64,000 nt of DNA, from positions 12,774,001 to 12,838,000 of the forward strand of contig NC_087250.1 in assembly GCF_037042905.1 (NCBI RefSeq). The letters run 5' to 3'. Position 1 is the stretch's first letter. Each line of letters starts with the position of its first letter. Positions 26,801 to 38,249 of this stretch are shown piece by piece. The notes beneath the pieces are model-generated. The model had not been told where the DNA came from, did no database searches, and worked only from the letters and a program-made list of their open reading frames with translations. Made by a program: the position numbers and the translations under genes. The DNA is from Lytechinus pictus (Eukaryota).

Positions 26801-29800
26801 AAAAAAAGAGTATTCTCAAAAACTGCATTCTTAAGCAACAAAGACTTACGATAGCGCTCATAGCAAACGTCTTGAAGAGGAAGCCCTTCCTGCTGTAGCG
26901 ATTCCCTTCAAACACCAGGAAATCACCATCAGATGTAACCTCTCCTCCAATCCTACGAATAGCTTCCAGGTCAAAGAGCTTCTGCTCCGGACGCCGTCGC
27001 TTCCGCTTCTCGGCCGCGGTCTGGGCCGTGCGCTGGATGCCGCGTGGTCGGGTGTAATCGATGCGCGGAAGGAGTTTCAGGATAACCTGGTTCTGGGTCT
27101 GATCGACGTAGTCCACTTGGCCCAAGTCATCTTTGAAAACCCCTCTCCTATAAAACACAATCATTAGGTGGAAATGGAAGTATATCAACAGACGTTTTCT
27201 AAAAGACTGGTCAACTGTCACAGAAATTATAGCAGGTAATCTTCAAGGCTCTTTCAGACATGAGACAACATATGGAATCACTGAATGCAGTCAGTATTCC
27301 ATTCATTTTCATTGTTGTAGTCTGCCAGGAGCGAATATTTGATCTCAAATAACATGAGAGATCATACTCTATCAGTTTCAAATTTCAAATTTTAATAATG
27401 ACATGTTTGACGACAAAGATTTATTTATCTGAAATGGGCTATTAGGTTGCTTTTTACTGGGGCACACCATAAAAATCAATCTTACTTGAGACTGACTCTG
27501 CTTTCCCCTTGAGCAAAGCCATCTCCTTGACCACCTAGCACCCTTGGTAATTTCCTTGATACGATTTATGGCTTCAAATTAAAAATCACATCATACGTAT
27601 AACACTGAAAATGTGTTTCCTTTTCGGGGGACAAACGGTACAAACCTAACTTACTTGAGCCTGACACAAGGCTATTCCCTTGAGCATAGCCGTCTCCCTG
27701 ACCACCAAAGGACATTGGTAAATTCCTTACTACAAATTATGGTTTCAAATTTAAAATCATATCAAATATTACCACTGAAAATGTGTTTCCCATTTTCTGG
27801 GACACACTGTTTGATTTAACTTACTTGAGTCTAACCCAAGCTTTTCCCTTCAGCATAGCAGTCTCCTTGACCACTTTGAGAACATCGGTCATCTCCTTGA
27901 TGGGGACCATCTTCTGCGTCCACTGACCGATCCTCAGCATCCCGACACCGTTGATGGCTTGCTTCACATGAGTCTGCTTGTACGACTCGATGTAGATGTA
28001 ACCTTTCAACCCCTCGACTGCCACAATGGATTTGATTTGAAGCGGCTGCATTGAAAAGAGATTATTTAAAAAATATATATATTTACATTGAAATTATTCA
28101 ACATCCCCACACCACTAATCACTTGCTTAAATGGGCCTGTTTATAGGACTTGAATGTAGATGTAACCTTTCAGCCCCTCGACTGCCACAATGGATTTGAT
28201 TTGAAGTGAATGCATTGAAAAGAGATCATTAAAAAAAAAAGGTTTGCACTGACATCCTTCAACATCCTCATACCATTGATCACTTGCTTAATATAGGACC
28301 TGAATGTAGATGTAACTATTCAATCCTTCAACGACAAGTTTGGCAACATCAAGTTACACTGAAAATTGTATTCGTGTTTGTTGCAAAAATACTCAGAAAA
28401 TATGACCTTCCGCACACAAACAGCCAAAGTCTTGTTCTTTCCTTTTTTCTTCAAATGAACTTGCGATATCTTGATGAATAAACACCTTTGAAATAATGCT
28501 GAGAATGTGAGGTCATAGGAGTTATTGAAAAAAAAATTACAGAGACATGACTCATTTTTTCAAAAATTTGTTCATTTTTTTCAGGACAAGGAGATATCTA
28601 TCCGTATAGTGATTGAGGGCAACGCTCCTCTCCATTTTTCGCAATAAATCTAATGCGAATTCTTTTTCCTAACGAAATTCCTAAGTGTATCATTATTTTC
28701 ACCTTCACTGATTAAAATCAATAACTTCAAGAGCATTACAAAATTCTGTGAGCCAAAAAACAGAGAAATATTATTTCCGGTAGGTCAAACGCAGGGTTAC
28801 ACTACATACTTTACTTACATTACGCTAAGGCTACTATAAAGCAGGGTAGGGATTGTTTTTTATTTTTCAGGCAGAATCTTTTTTTCCACATTGGGGCGAT
28901 TGCAGAACTTTGGGGGCTACTTTTTAGAGGTAGCAAGTAATTATGCAATAAAAGCAAATATCATCATTCTGCCATAGATAAGTATTGTATTTAAATTTGT
29001 TGTATTTATTTTTTGTGACAGATCTTGGGGCAGCTCTAGAAAGAATGGTCGCCCCAAGCATGCATTTTGGGGGAATTTGAGGGGCTATATGTCCTGTCAT
29101 GAGGGCAAAATCGCAAGTCGCCCTCGTGTATTTCCAACGCTACTACTAAGACAGGTTTACTTTTTTGGGGGGGGGGGTGGAATTGCCCTAAGGCCCCCTG
29201 AATCTTGTGTCTGTGACGTTTCGTTTATTTTGAAACCAATTGATTCACTGGTTAAGATTTTCATGGATATTTTTTTTTTTAGCTGGGTTTTTTTCAATTC
29301 TTTTGGGTTCCGTATTTATTTAGATATGTATATATGTGAATATGTAATTGTGCTATTGATTATGTAAATATTACTGATTCAATTATATATTAATTATAAC
29401 AAATTGCATGTTATGCCGACGGGGCTGTTGTAGAAAGCAGTTCTGAAACTGACAATACTAACCTGAGAAAATAAAACTACAAATAATTACAACAAAAAAA
29501 TGTGGCATAAATTTACCTCTTCTGTATTCTGGTACGCAATGAACTTCCTCATCAGCTGGATTGCGACCTCTTTCTCCTGACCAATGGTACACTTGACCAT
29601 CCACAGATTGGGATCTCTGTACGTTATGAGATGGGATCAAAATAATACCACTCTCCATTATAACTCATAGTAATAATGTATTTAAGAATCCAACCACTGG
29701 GTTCCCATTCTTCTAGAACACAGTGTACAAATATTACTTACTTGAGTCTGGCCAAAACTATTCGCTTGAGCATAGCAGGCTTCTTGAACCACTTTGTGCA

Positions 29801-32800
29801 GTCTTTTCTTTATTTCATTTGATGCATGATTTTTTTTGTCTATTTAGCATTTATACAATTATATTGAATATAAAATTTGCATTTTGTGCTAATAAATAAT
29901 AAGTTAATCTCACCAATTTCTTCCATTTACTGTATTTATAATGTGCCCTTTCGTATCCGTGTTTGAATGCTTTTTAAATGCTTTAATGCTATTGTACATT
30001 ACCTGTATTTTTATCAGATTGTGGGAATTGAAAAATCTAAATCTAAGTGTCATGTCATGTTACGTTGCATTGCTATCATGTATGCTGTGTTATACTTAGT
30101 TTCTTTATTTGTAATCAAATAAACCTTACTTGACGCCAGGAAGAAGTCCTTGTTGTGTGATGGAGTCTGGGAGCTCATCTTCATCTCTGTACGACGTGCT
30201 GGTCCCTTCAGCATACTTCCTCTTGTAATACTCCTCGAGCTCATCCTCCTTTTGTGTACTGCAATACAAGCAGAGATAATTTGATTTTAACAATTTAAAG
30301 GTAAAAGAAAGTAAGTGCAGGATACAATCATTTCATAAGCCTTTAATATCAAGGCTAATTCCCACCATATTATCATCTATAGATCTTGAACTTGTACATT
30401 GAAATCAACTCATCTTTGTGAAATCATAAAATCTTGACTGAAAACTGATGATTCTGATAATAACTAACGTGAAAAGGCATCTGTGGGACAGTGTATTAAT
30501 AATATTGCTTGGAAAAATACCCATTTGATGGAATTCCATGTTAGTTTGCTCATTTCTCAGCAATTACACAATTTTGTACTGAGCCAATTTGCACATTTTA
30601 TTGGATTCTGTTTGAACTCATTATGAAATCGTTACCACAACTAATATCTTTAACATCTAAAACCGCTCCGGAACTACCGCCTCATACTCGCTGAATGGAC
30701 GAAGACGGTGTTTGTGTTCAGTCCCATTCATTCAATTATATGTGCAGTGCAGATTCCAGTAATTTTTACTTATTGGGCTTAAAAAGGAGCCAGACCCCAT
30801 CAAAGCCCATATACCCTGAACCTATTACAGTGTAGCGACTGAATGCGAGGCTGATTTTTATAATTGATTAAGTACACAATACACTGTAAATGTCATAGAA
30901 ATCGACCCAATGATGGGACAGGGAGGGTTTAGTCTGCAGCACAGACCCGTGGTTTTCGCGATTCACATAGTGCATAATGCAGAGTCTGAAGTAATGAGAC
31001 TAGTTTCACTATTTGGCACAGACATTGGCCCATATTCTGAAGTCAGGTTTAACTTAGACTCAGGTTTAAAGTTGTGGTTTAAGTATGGGAAGCCAAAAGT
31101 ATCATTTTCTTTATTAGGTTGTGCGTTTCTTGTGTTTACTGTGCTCTTTCCTGATTCATCGATGGTGAAGACAATAATCTATACATACTTCCTAGACAAT
31201 TATGAATGATATGAGAGCCAAATGAGCTGAAATATGATATCTCTACCATTAGTGATTTATGTAACAATTGGCTGTCCATACTTAAACCACAACTTTAAAC
31301 CTGAGTTTAAGTTAAACCCGACTTCAGAATACGGGCCAGAGTCTTAAAGGTCTAGTCTTCACACTAGACCTGTTATTGGTTGAAGTGTCTAATATGAGTA
31401 TGTGCCTGCAGACTAGGGAGGGTGTGTAAGAAAGCTGTTCAGAAGTTAGGAATTGCTTTACGAAAGACTGGTACCCCTTTCTTGAAAGCTAAACCATGAC
31501 AAATGAAAGTTTGGGCTACAACAAGAAAGGCCCCAGATCCGGGATAGCAAGTGTGTTAAAACCAGGGGTGTGAGTGGTCACAAATAAAAAGATCTGAAAA
31601 AAGCTGAAGAGTGTTGAAAAAGTCTGAAATAGAAAGAGCTCCCATACTTTTTGTACAGAGGAAGGCCAAAAATAAGCTGAAATTAAGCTGAAAATCAAAA
31701 CAAAAAAATTTGAAATCAGATAAAAATCTGAACTCTCACACCCCTGGTTAAAACATTTAAGATTAAGCTGAAAACTAACCTCTATAACTCATTTTATCAC
31801 TGATGATTTTTTTTGTTATTTGTTATTTTTGTTTTGCTCCCCCTTCACTTGTGCGCCAGGAGTATCTCTCACGAGATGGATATGGCACCTAGTAAATCGC
31901 ATTTATTATTATTTATTAACAATATTATTATTATTTTCACCTAAACAGCTGAGTAAGTCGTCGGGCTCCATGTTGATCGCTATCGTTGTAATCTGTGGGA
32001 GCGTTGTTGATCAGTGCTTCGGCTCCAGCTTCCCATTCATCTTCCTCATCATCCTCACCGTAGTCATCATCAACGTCTTGTTCATGCAGAAAAAAAAGGA
32101 AAAAATTAATCAATAACAGGCTTATATATATAGCCTACAGTTGTACTCTAAAATTAGTGAGCCCCACCATAAAATGCACACCTTCATGCTGAGTGTTGAA
32201 TGTAGACAACAACACTACAATGCACTACGGTGGTGCTCAAAAGTTAGTGTACCCCACCAGAAAATGAACATATTTAAAGTGTTTAAGTACTGTCATGTTA
32301 ATAGGATATTTAATTGTGAAGTCAGGTGATAAAATATTACATTTATGTTTATTTCTCAGGGCTCACTGAACATTGTAGTGTTGTTGTCTACATTCAACAC
32401 TCAGCATGCAGAAATAATCTATTCCAAGGAGCACTTTTAATTACTACCTCTACTTAAGCTCGAGCTGCCTTCTAGCGCTCAGTGCATACAAGGCATTCCT
32501 GCCGGGTACACCCCCACTGAGCTGAGCACAGCAAAATGTGGGGAAATTTCTTGCTGAAGGAAAACAAGCCCTGGCTGGGATTTGAACCCACGTCCCTCTG
32601 ATTGAAAGAATAAGCAATAGACCATGACCACATGCCCCAAAAATCAAGAGGTGAGCAACTCAGACCTCATCGAACCACAGAAATAAGATGAACTTGGGAG
32701 AAACTTGACATAACAATATGATAGCGTTTTTTTTTTATTTACCCAGGATAGCCAAAGCAGGTATACCTGAACTTCCAGCAGGCAAAACATAAAATCCATT

Positions 32801-34367
32801 ATTACCCTTCTCCATTGTAATACATTGAACACCTGACAAGAATACAGAAGGACCCGTTTTGCAAGTCTTTGTTATGACTCGGCCGGAGACCGAACCCACT
32901 ACCTCCCATTCATGAGGCGGGCACTCTACCACTGATCCACCATCCTCGGTCAAAGAAAAGAAACACAGGACAGAATAACATGAATTTGTGCGTTTAGAAA
33001 TAGGAAAAAATTTGGACGTAGCCAGCTTTAAATTGATCACTACTCTAACATTTAAGAGCAAGTTTGAACTCACCAGCTTCGTCAATGATGAAACTCTCCA
33101 CTTTCCTCTTCTTTGTCTTCTTCCTATGGTCATACCCATCGTGATCTTCCTCTTCCTCTTCGTCCTCCTCTTCGCTCCGTGGTTCACTCATCAAATCCTC
33201 CCCATCCTCCGGTTCTTCTTCCCCGTCGTCGGCCTCCTCTCCCTCTTCGGCTTCATCCGCGCTCCCTACAAGACTACCCTCCTACAAAATGAATCGTTCC
33301 ATGAGAATAGTCGGTCAGACGTGCTCAATAGTACTGGGCAATATTTCAATGAATCAAAATTCTGTACTATTGGAAAAATATCCCTGGTGTAACGAGCCAA
33401 AAATTTTGAGGGGGCTCCATCTGGCTTATCGCATAAAATTTTCAAAAAAGTTGGGAGCAACCGAAGCGAGCGAGCAGAAGTTTTAACAGTTTTATTACGA
33501 AAATCCAAGTTAATGATAGATTATGACATAACATTCAGAAAATAATATACTTCACCCTTATCCCTTTCCTTTTCTCTTTTCCTTCTTGGTCGTGAAAAAG
33601 TTTTGGGGCAAAAGCCCCCCCCCCCCCCCATCTGTACGCCAGTGAAAAATATTGAATATTCGATGATGGATTTACACTATGTTGATATATTGCTGATACA
33701 CGATATGACCAAAATATTGTTGGTTATGTAGAGTTAATGACTATTTATTGACCATTTTCTGTATTGCTTCGAACCAACTCAGCACTCTGTATTAAAAAGT
33801 TGGTACCCAATTGCCTGCTTTTCATGGACTTTCACCGATGATAGCCTTTCATTTCCCCCTTCCCTTCTCATAACAAAAAAAGGTGTAATTCAAAATAAGT
33901 GGGGCGAGCACAGCTGGTAATATGCACTGAGAGCCCTGGGGGGTGTTTCACAAAGATTTAAATATGACTGAAATCGCACTCAAATGCCAACGCGTATCTG
34001 AAATGCAACGTGCAATCTAATTGATCAATACGCAGTAGTGCACACCCTCTTTGAATGATCTGACCAATGCAATCATGGCTTTTATACCGCGCGCAACTAG
34101 GCATTTAAGTACAACTCTAAGTCATACTTAAATCTTTGTGAAACACCCCCCCCCCCCCCCCCCTAGTATAGTATGTAGATCTAGGGATGTGAGAGGGGCA
34201 GATCTATGCATTTTTCCATTGAAATTTAATAACCTACATGTATGAAAATGGTTCATTTCAACCTGGCAACACTGTCATGAAATACCTACATCGCTATCTT
34301 TCTGAAAGCTTTCTTCCCCCTCCTCTTCTTCCTCCTCGGAGAAAATACTGTTGTCACTGTCGGACAT
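8891..34367 (-). CDS. SUPT5H: Transcription elongation factor SPT5 (DSIF large subunit), 23 coding exons, 1087 aa
   Basis: Exons 34290-34367, 33074-33281, 31941-32076, 30130-30258, 29517-29616, 27825-28045, 26850-27147, 26240-26315, 25731-25888, 22954-23109, 22109-22206, 21380-21449, 20400-20525, 19107-19232, 18032-18113, 16931-17041, 16259-16364, 15637-15764, 14418-14523, 13031-13227, 11643-11953, 9718-9816, 8891-9034. All GT-AG, phases consistent, total 3264 nt. Encodes acidic N-terminus (MSDSD), NGN domain (KDPNLW, KGYIYIE), KOW domains, CTR repeats (TPMYGSQTP) and C-terminal KOWs. Confidence 0.97.
9036..9380. repeat. (GA)n-like purine tract (long polypyrimidine tract of last SPT5 intron)
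   Basis: Seen directly. Confidence 0.9.
10004..11179. mobile_element. Older hAT-like MITE split by the P-like element; related uninterrupted copy at ~28842-29141
   Basis: agggtagaaaaa ... tttttctacgctg ends; shared internal blocks (gattgcagaa.tt.gggggcta, gtgacagatct, gaat.gtcgcccc, gggcaaaatcgc). Confidence 0.65.
10108..10949. mobile_element. Non-autonomous DNA transposon, P-element-like, nested in an older repeat
   Basis: Perfect 31-bp TIR CATGGACCTATTACGAATGGACATTCAACGA; 7-bp TSD ATTTGAC (10101-10107, 10950-10956). CA..TG ends with a 7-bp TSD fit the P superfamily. Confidence 0.85.
12553..12925. mobile_element. hAT-like MITE remnant with TTCCCTGA subterminal repeats
   Basis: Begins cagggttcctagc; about seven ttccctga motifs clustered at the two ends; right TIR not seen. 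Confidence 0.6.
15024..15441. mobile_element. MITE with CAGACCTGCCAACC TIRs (hAT-like)
   Basis: 14-bp perfect TIR; flanked by direct repeat TTGGAC. Confidence 0.8.
17185..17510 (-). mobile_element. 3' end fragment of an L2/CR1-group LINE
   Basis: Translates as [31 protein letters not shown], the typical ORF2 C-terminus, followed by a short 3' tail ending in (TAT)n. Confidence 0.8.
17684..17754. repeat. Perfect 71-bp palindrome (35-bp arms, 1-nt spacer)
   Basis: 17684-17718 is the exact reverse complement of 17720-17754. Confidence 0.95.
18195..18767. mobile_element. TTAA-targeting MITE (Kolobok-like)
   Basis: TTAA|AGGGATGGTC ... GACCATCCCT|TTAA with long imperfect inverted arms; family copy at 63145-63732. 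Confidence 0.85.
19945..20385. mobile_element. Interspersed repeat with 3' hairpin; second copy at ~56050-56512
   Basis: Near-collinear identity with 56050-56512 (acacctagatagatccttgt ... attctgtccattgcactcataaacatt). Confidence 0.8.
20600..21312. mobile_element. Rearranged/duplicated copies of a TTAA-type MITE family (also 30296-30653 inverted, 45376-45767)
   Basis: Shared blocks gatctcaaaatga, aatatgtgcc, acactgtcccaca, gacttctca..aaat, gcaactac. Confidence 0.7.
22417..22625 (-). mobile_element. RTE-type LINE ORF2 C-terminal fragment
   Basis: Translation [32 protein letters not shown] matches the LRWxGHVxR...GxRxxGRPxxxW motif of RTE-like elements. Confidence 0.75.
22649..22923. mobile_element. 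MITE copy (same family as 6261-6532)
   Basis: ggggcccgtcttacaaagagtt ... aactctttgttaggaaggaccc. Confidence 0.75.
23921..25132. mobile_element. Non-autonomous hAT-like transposon, ~1.2 kb
   Basis: 13-bp perfect TIR CATACTTGCCAAC; degenerate 8-bp flanks tagtaata/gactaata; aatcgg(g/a) subterminal repeats; CpG-rich interior. Confidence 0.8.
25889..26239 (-). other. U12-type (minor spliceosome) GT-AG intron in SPT5
   Basis: Donor GTATCCTTT at 26239-26231, branch site TTCCTTAAC at 25914-25906, AG acceptor 17 nt later with no long pyrimidine tract; splicing keeps the SPT5 frame (DVE-L-VAK). Confidence 0.93.
26340..26700. repeat. (GAT/GGT)n trinucleotide repeat
   Basis: Seen directly. Confidence 0.9.
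31027..31338. mobile_element. MITE with ~60-bp TIRs (PIF/Harbinger-like), nested in a tagtctgcag..ctgcagacta element (~30930-31415)
   Basis: ggcccatattctgaagtcaggtttaactta.. / ..taagttaaacccgacttcagaatacgggcc. Confidence 0.8.
31563..31746. mobile_element. hAT-like MITE
   Basis: TIR CAGGGGTGTGAG; perfect 8-bp TSD GTTAAAAC; repeated aaaagctga/aaatctga motifs inside. Confidence 0.9.
32186..32409. mobile_element. Foldback/MITE fragment with ~38-bp inverted repeat
   Basis: catgctgagtgttgaatgtagacaacaacactacaatg ... cattgtagtgttgttgtctacattcaacactcagcatg. Confidence 0.75.
32450..32640 (-). mobile_element. tRNA-derived SINE (degenerate)
   Basis: Minus strand: A-box-like start, B-box GGTTCAAATCC, then SINE body ccttcagcaagaaattt. 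Confidence 0.7.
32797..32950 (-). mobile_element. tRNA-derived SINE head plus core
   Basis: Minus strand: ggtggatcagtggtagagtg (A box), gggttcggtctcc (B box), followed by gagtcataacaaagact body rather than a tRNA acceptor stem. Confidence 0.7.
33937..34150. mobile_element. Short palindromic MITE (GGGGTGTTTCACAAAG termini); relatives at ~19330-19530, 53341-53490, 54395-54570
   Basis: ggggtgtttcacaaagattta ... taaatctttgtgaaacacccc. Confidence 0.8.
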
Positions 34368-35524
34368 GATCAAGTGTAATTCACCAGTGCAGTGGGATGT
34401 AGTACCAAATACCAAGCCTGTGTAACAAAAACAAATAAAGTTTAATACAACGAAGTCAATGTCCTTTTCAATTATATAATACTAATTTAATGGGAAAAGC
34501 TGACTTATAAATGTTTACATAGACCATTGTCCTGGCTTGTGTTTTTTTTTTGGTGCCCACAAATCAGAGCTAAAAAAAAAGACAAACATCCTTAGTTATA
34601 GCACAGAGTCTAGTTGGAGAATAGATTAGACTAACCCTGCCCTCACTCGCAGTATGCGGTCTTTTACAAGGGGAAGCCCATGTTACGCTATGACGTAAAC
34701 ATTGTGACCGGGATGATTGGATCCAACCTGAAATTTCCAGCGAAATTGTCAAATATCTTTTTGGGAGAAAAAAAAACAAGACTAAAATGTAATATAGGGC
34801 CTGTCTACCAGTTGGCATGTCTACTTTCTTAAATTAAGTGAGAAATTTGAAAGATTTCTAGGATTTCACATTTTAGTCTTCACAAAATATCTACCCTTTC
34901 CATAGAGTATATCGTCAACAAAAAGGCCCTTTTACAAGAAAAATCATGTGGATCTAGACCTATAGAACTTTTCAGTCTACATTTGTCTCGAATTGATTTC
35001 AAAATATACCCAGTTGCCTTTTTGTGTCATGACAATCAATTTTAAACAGCCATGTGGAAAAGTTAACGAGAAAAGGTCCATCAATTTTTTTGTACTGTTA
35101 TGATTAAAGTGTTAAGCAATATTATAGAGAACAAAACTGAAGAAAATTACAACTATTGAATTCATAATTTTTATGTAGTAATCGGAAGCCAAAAAGGCAT
35201 CCACTTTTTAAGTGTTTGGACTACTCACCCCCATCCTATTTATTTAAAAGGGAAATATAAAGCCGACTCTTACTCAGCTCTGCAAGACAGCATCTAGAGC
35301 CTCTGCTCTGTATCTTTAGTGTAACAGTCAGGCTACACAGGAATAACCAGTGTTTCTGAGGATTTATTATTAACGATTTCTGACATTTTACTATTAAAGT
35401 AATTGGTGAGTGGAGCCAACGTGGTTCAGTGGAACAAACAATGTACAGAGACTGAAGCTTGTGGTCTACAGGAGACATAGAATCTACTGTAGATCTAGAT
35501 CTCAGGTGTTGGAATGGCTTGTAA

Positions 35525-36090
35525 AAACAAGTGGAGCACCTCTTGCAGTCTCGCCTGCATTATGCGATTCAATATAGCAGCAGTCCTGACTTTGAAAATG
35601 TCTATTCACCCCAAAACACCATTCATGTAATGTGCTGCTACTGTACGTTCATTGATCCTAAATGAGATTTGACCTTTATCAAGTGACCTACGACTTGTGA
35701 AAGATGAGCAATGATATTGGATTACCCCTATGTCCACATTTCATTAACTATATCCAGTTATGATGGCAATTCAACAATTACCTACAACATGGCCAAAGTT
35801 CATTGACCTTAAATGACCTTTAACCTTGGTCATGTGACGTGAAAATTGCACAGGATGTTCTGTGATACTTGATTACTCTTATGTCCAAGTTTTATGAACT
35901 AGATCCACAAACTTTCAAAGTTACGATGGTAATTAAACAAATACCCCCAATATGACCAAAGTTCATTGACCCTAAATGACCTTTGACCTTGGTCATGTGA
36001 CCTGAAACTCACACAGAATGATCAGCGATACTTGATTACTCTTATGTCCAAGTTTTATAAATTAGATCCTTAAAATTTAAAAGTTACAAA
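35525..36090. repeat. TGACCT-rich interspersed repeat with ~3 internal tandem units of ~170 bp
   Basis: Unit gttcattgacc.taaatgaccttt.accttggtcatgtgac ... ttgattact repeats three times. Confidence 0.8.
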
Positions 36091-37430
36091 GCTTTGGTCT
36101 CTGTTTTGTTGGTTGTTGCGCTGAACTCCGTTGGCTCCACTCACCAAATACAGATACCGAAGTTCTAGCTAGATCTGTACAGGGACTCAATGGCCATATG
36201 TTTATGTATTGAGTTCGGATGAAACGGAAGTGATGTTGCGCGACAGCTGAAGTAAGTCACTGTTTTTTCACCCTTTTAAGTTAATTTTTCTCCGTTTTGG
36301 TGCATTTCAGGCCAATTAATACGGAATAATGATCTTTATTTTGGTATGGCAGTGTATCCTATTACCGGACACCTTTATTTCAGTGCTTTAAAATGACAAC
36401 TAGAGACAATACAATCAAGAAAAATTTGCACTTGCTTTTCCAAATATTATGAAAATTATGAATATGATAAAATCATTTTATATAATTTACCAACCGATTT
36501 CTTTGCCTCGCACTTGTCGCATACCCCTCCACGAAAAACAGTTATTTTTGTGCGTGACAAATTACATCATGATTCCGGGTGCGCGCCAGACAGGTAAAGA
36601 TATTCTTCATTATAATGATGTAAGAAAAAATTTGTGTGATTTTTTCTTTATACATGTATATCACATCATGCATTAATTCTAAGTTTTTGTTTGCTTTTTT
36701 TCTGAGCAGATTTTGGTAATAAATTCGTGTTTGATAACTTATTTTATTTTTCTTGTTAGCTGCATGTTCCATGGCACTTTCCAATATTATGCTCGTTCGT
36801 ATCGTGATGCTCATCAAGTTCTATCGATGCGCTGCCGATCGTCGACGGCTCTACTCACGGTAAACCTCGCGCACGGGTACCTTGAGAACTAGCCGTCGAC
36901 GATCAGCCACAATACACCACACCTCATCAATGGATCGAAGGAGCGGACGAGATTGAAATTCGGCAAATCAGGCCCATATTTCCATCAGAAAATATATCAA
37001 TTGTTAATGCAAAACTATGTTATATGATATTTTAAGCATTTTCTGTCATTTTAGAGATAAGGTAAAAGTCAGATTTTTTTGCCTTGTTTTTGCAATCCTG
37101 TTCTATGTATTAATTGCTCTGTGAAATTGAATTGCGGAAGTCTTACGGTACAAAATTGTTTTCGAACACAGTAATATGCGCGTCCGGAATCATAAGTGTC
37201 CGGTTATACTTATACAATACGTGACTATAGTTCTTTTTATAATTATATATTTTTATGAAATAAAGACAAAAATCGATGAGCCCCGTTGGGGGGATTTTGC
37301 ATTGTTAACCCCCTAATGGTGGCTGCACGATAGCGAGCCGTCTGTGTACGAGGTTGAGGAGAAATAAAATAAAAATTAAAAATGTAAAAAAAACCTGAAA
37401 CAGACGGCTGCCAGCTATTTAGCCAAGGTT

Positions 37431-37877
37431 CAGTAGAGGCGCACGGCCAATATTGGAGACTGTCTCCAATGTGGGAGATTATCTCCAATATCAGAGACTT
37501 TTGTAAAGAATTTAGGTATCCAATTTCAGAGACAGTCTCCAGTTTTGGGGTCCAATTTCCTTTGTTTACATTTGCTGCAAAAGGATTAACTTGGCGGCAA
37601 ATAAAAATGTGATAAGCAGATTCCTCATGAAAAATTACCCCTTTTCACCGTCTACTTTAAAAATTCACCGTCTACTTTTGTTTTGATAAGGATTTTTGTT
37701 GTCAATCACACACAAAACAAATGGGCTTCTGACCTCAGTGAGACAAAATTTTGGGTGGAGAAAATCATGCTTTTGTTGGTGTTGTTTCTTTTGTCCTTTT
37801 GCAAAGCAAGTCTCCAATGTGGGAGATTGTCTCCCCTATTGGAGAGAGTCTCCCATATTGGCTGTGCGCCTCTACTG
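37431..37877. mobile_element. MITE with CAGTAGAGGCGCAC TIRs and 5-bp TSD
   Basis: About 29-bp imperfect TIR; AGGTT directly flanks both ends; repeated tctccaat motifs. Confidence 0.85.
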
Positions 37878-38249
37878 AGGTTAGGCTCTATCTACGTCTT
37901 AAAAATTAAAATTTAATAAATCGACAACTTGTCTAAGTTATAATCCGTCGTGGGAATACCGTACTCGTACTCGTAGCAAATATCTCTCACTCAGTCTCAG
38001 CTCTGACCCCCCTCTCTGATCTGTTTAAGTTTGAACTGTTAACAAGTTACCGGTGTCTTGAGATGAGACTTGACTCTCTGTCTTGTTTTTCAAATATTTT
38101 GACTTTAAGTTTGACTTGAGTAGGTCTTGAGTCTTGGCTTTTTTTCCGTGCAAGATAAGGTCGTTTATTATTCTCGCTTCTATTTAAAATTTATTCATAA
38201 CTTAATCAACTTATTGCCTTACTATATTCGGCTTCAACTAGCTCACTTG

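Noticed and set aside
32450..32950. Two tRNA genes
   Set aside because: A/B boxes present but no intact cloverleaf; both continue into SINE bodies.
36180..37230. CpG-rich segment as SPT5 promoter or transposon
   Set aside because: Has an ETS-like CGGAAGT, but I could not define TIRs, TSD or a minus-strand exon with confidence.
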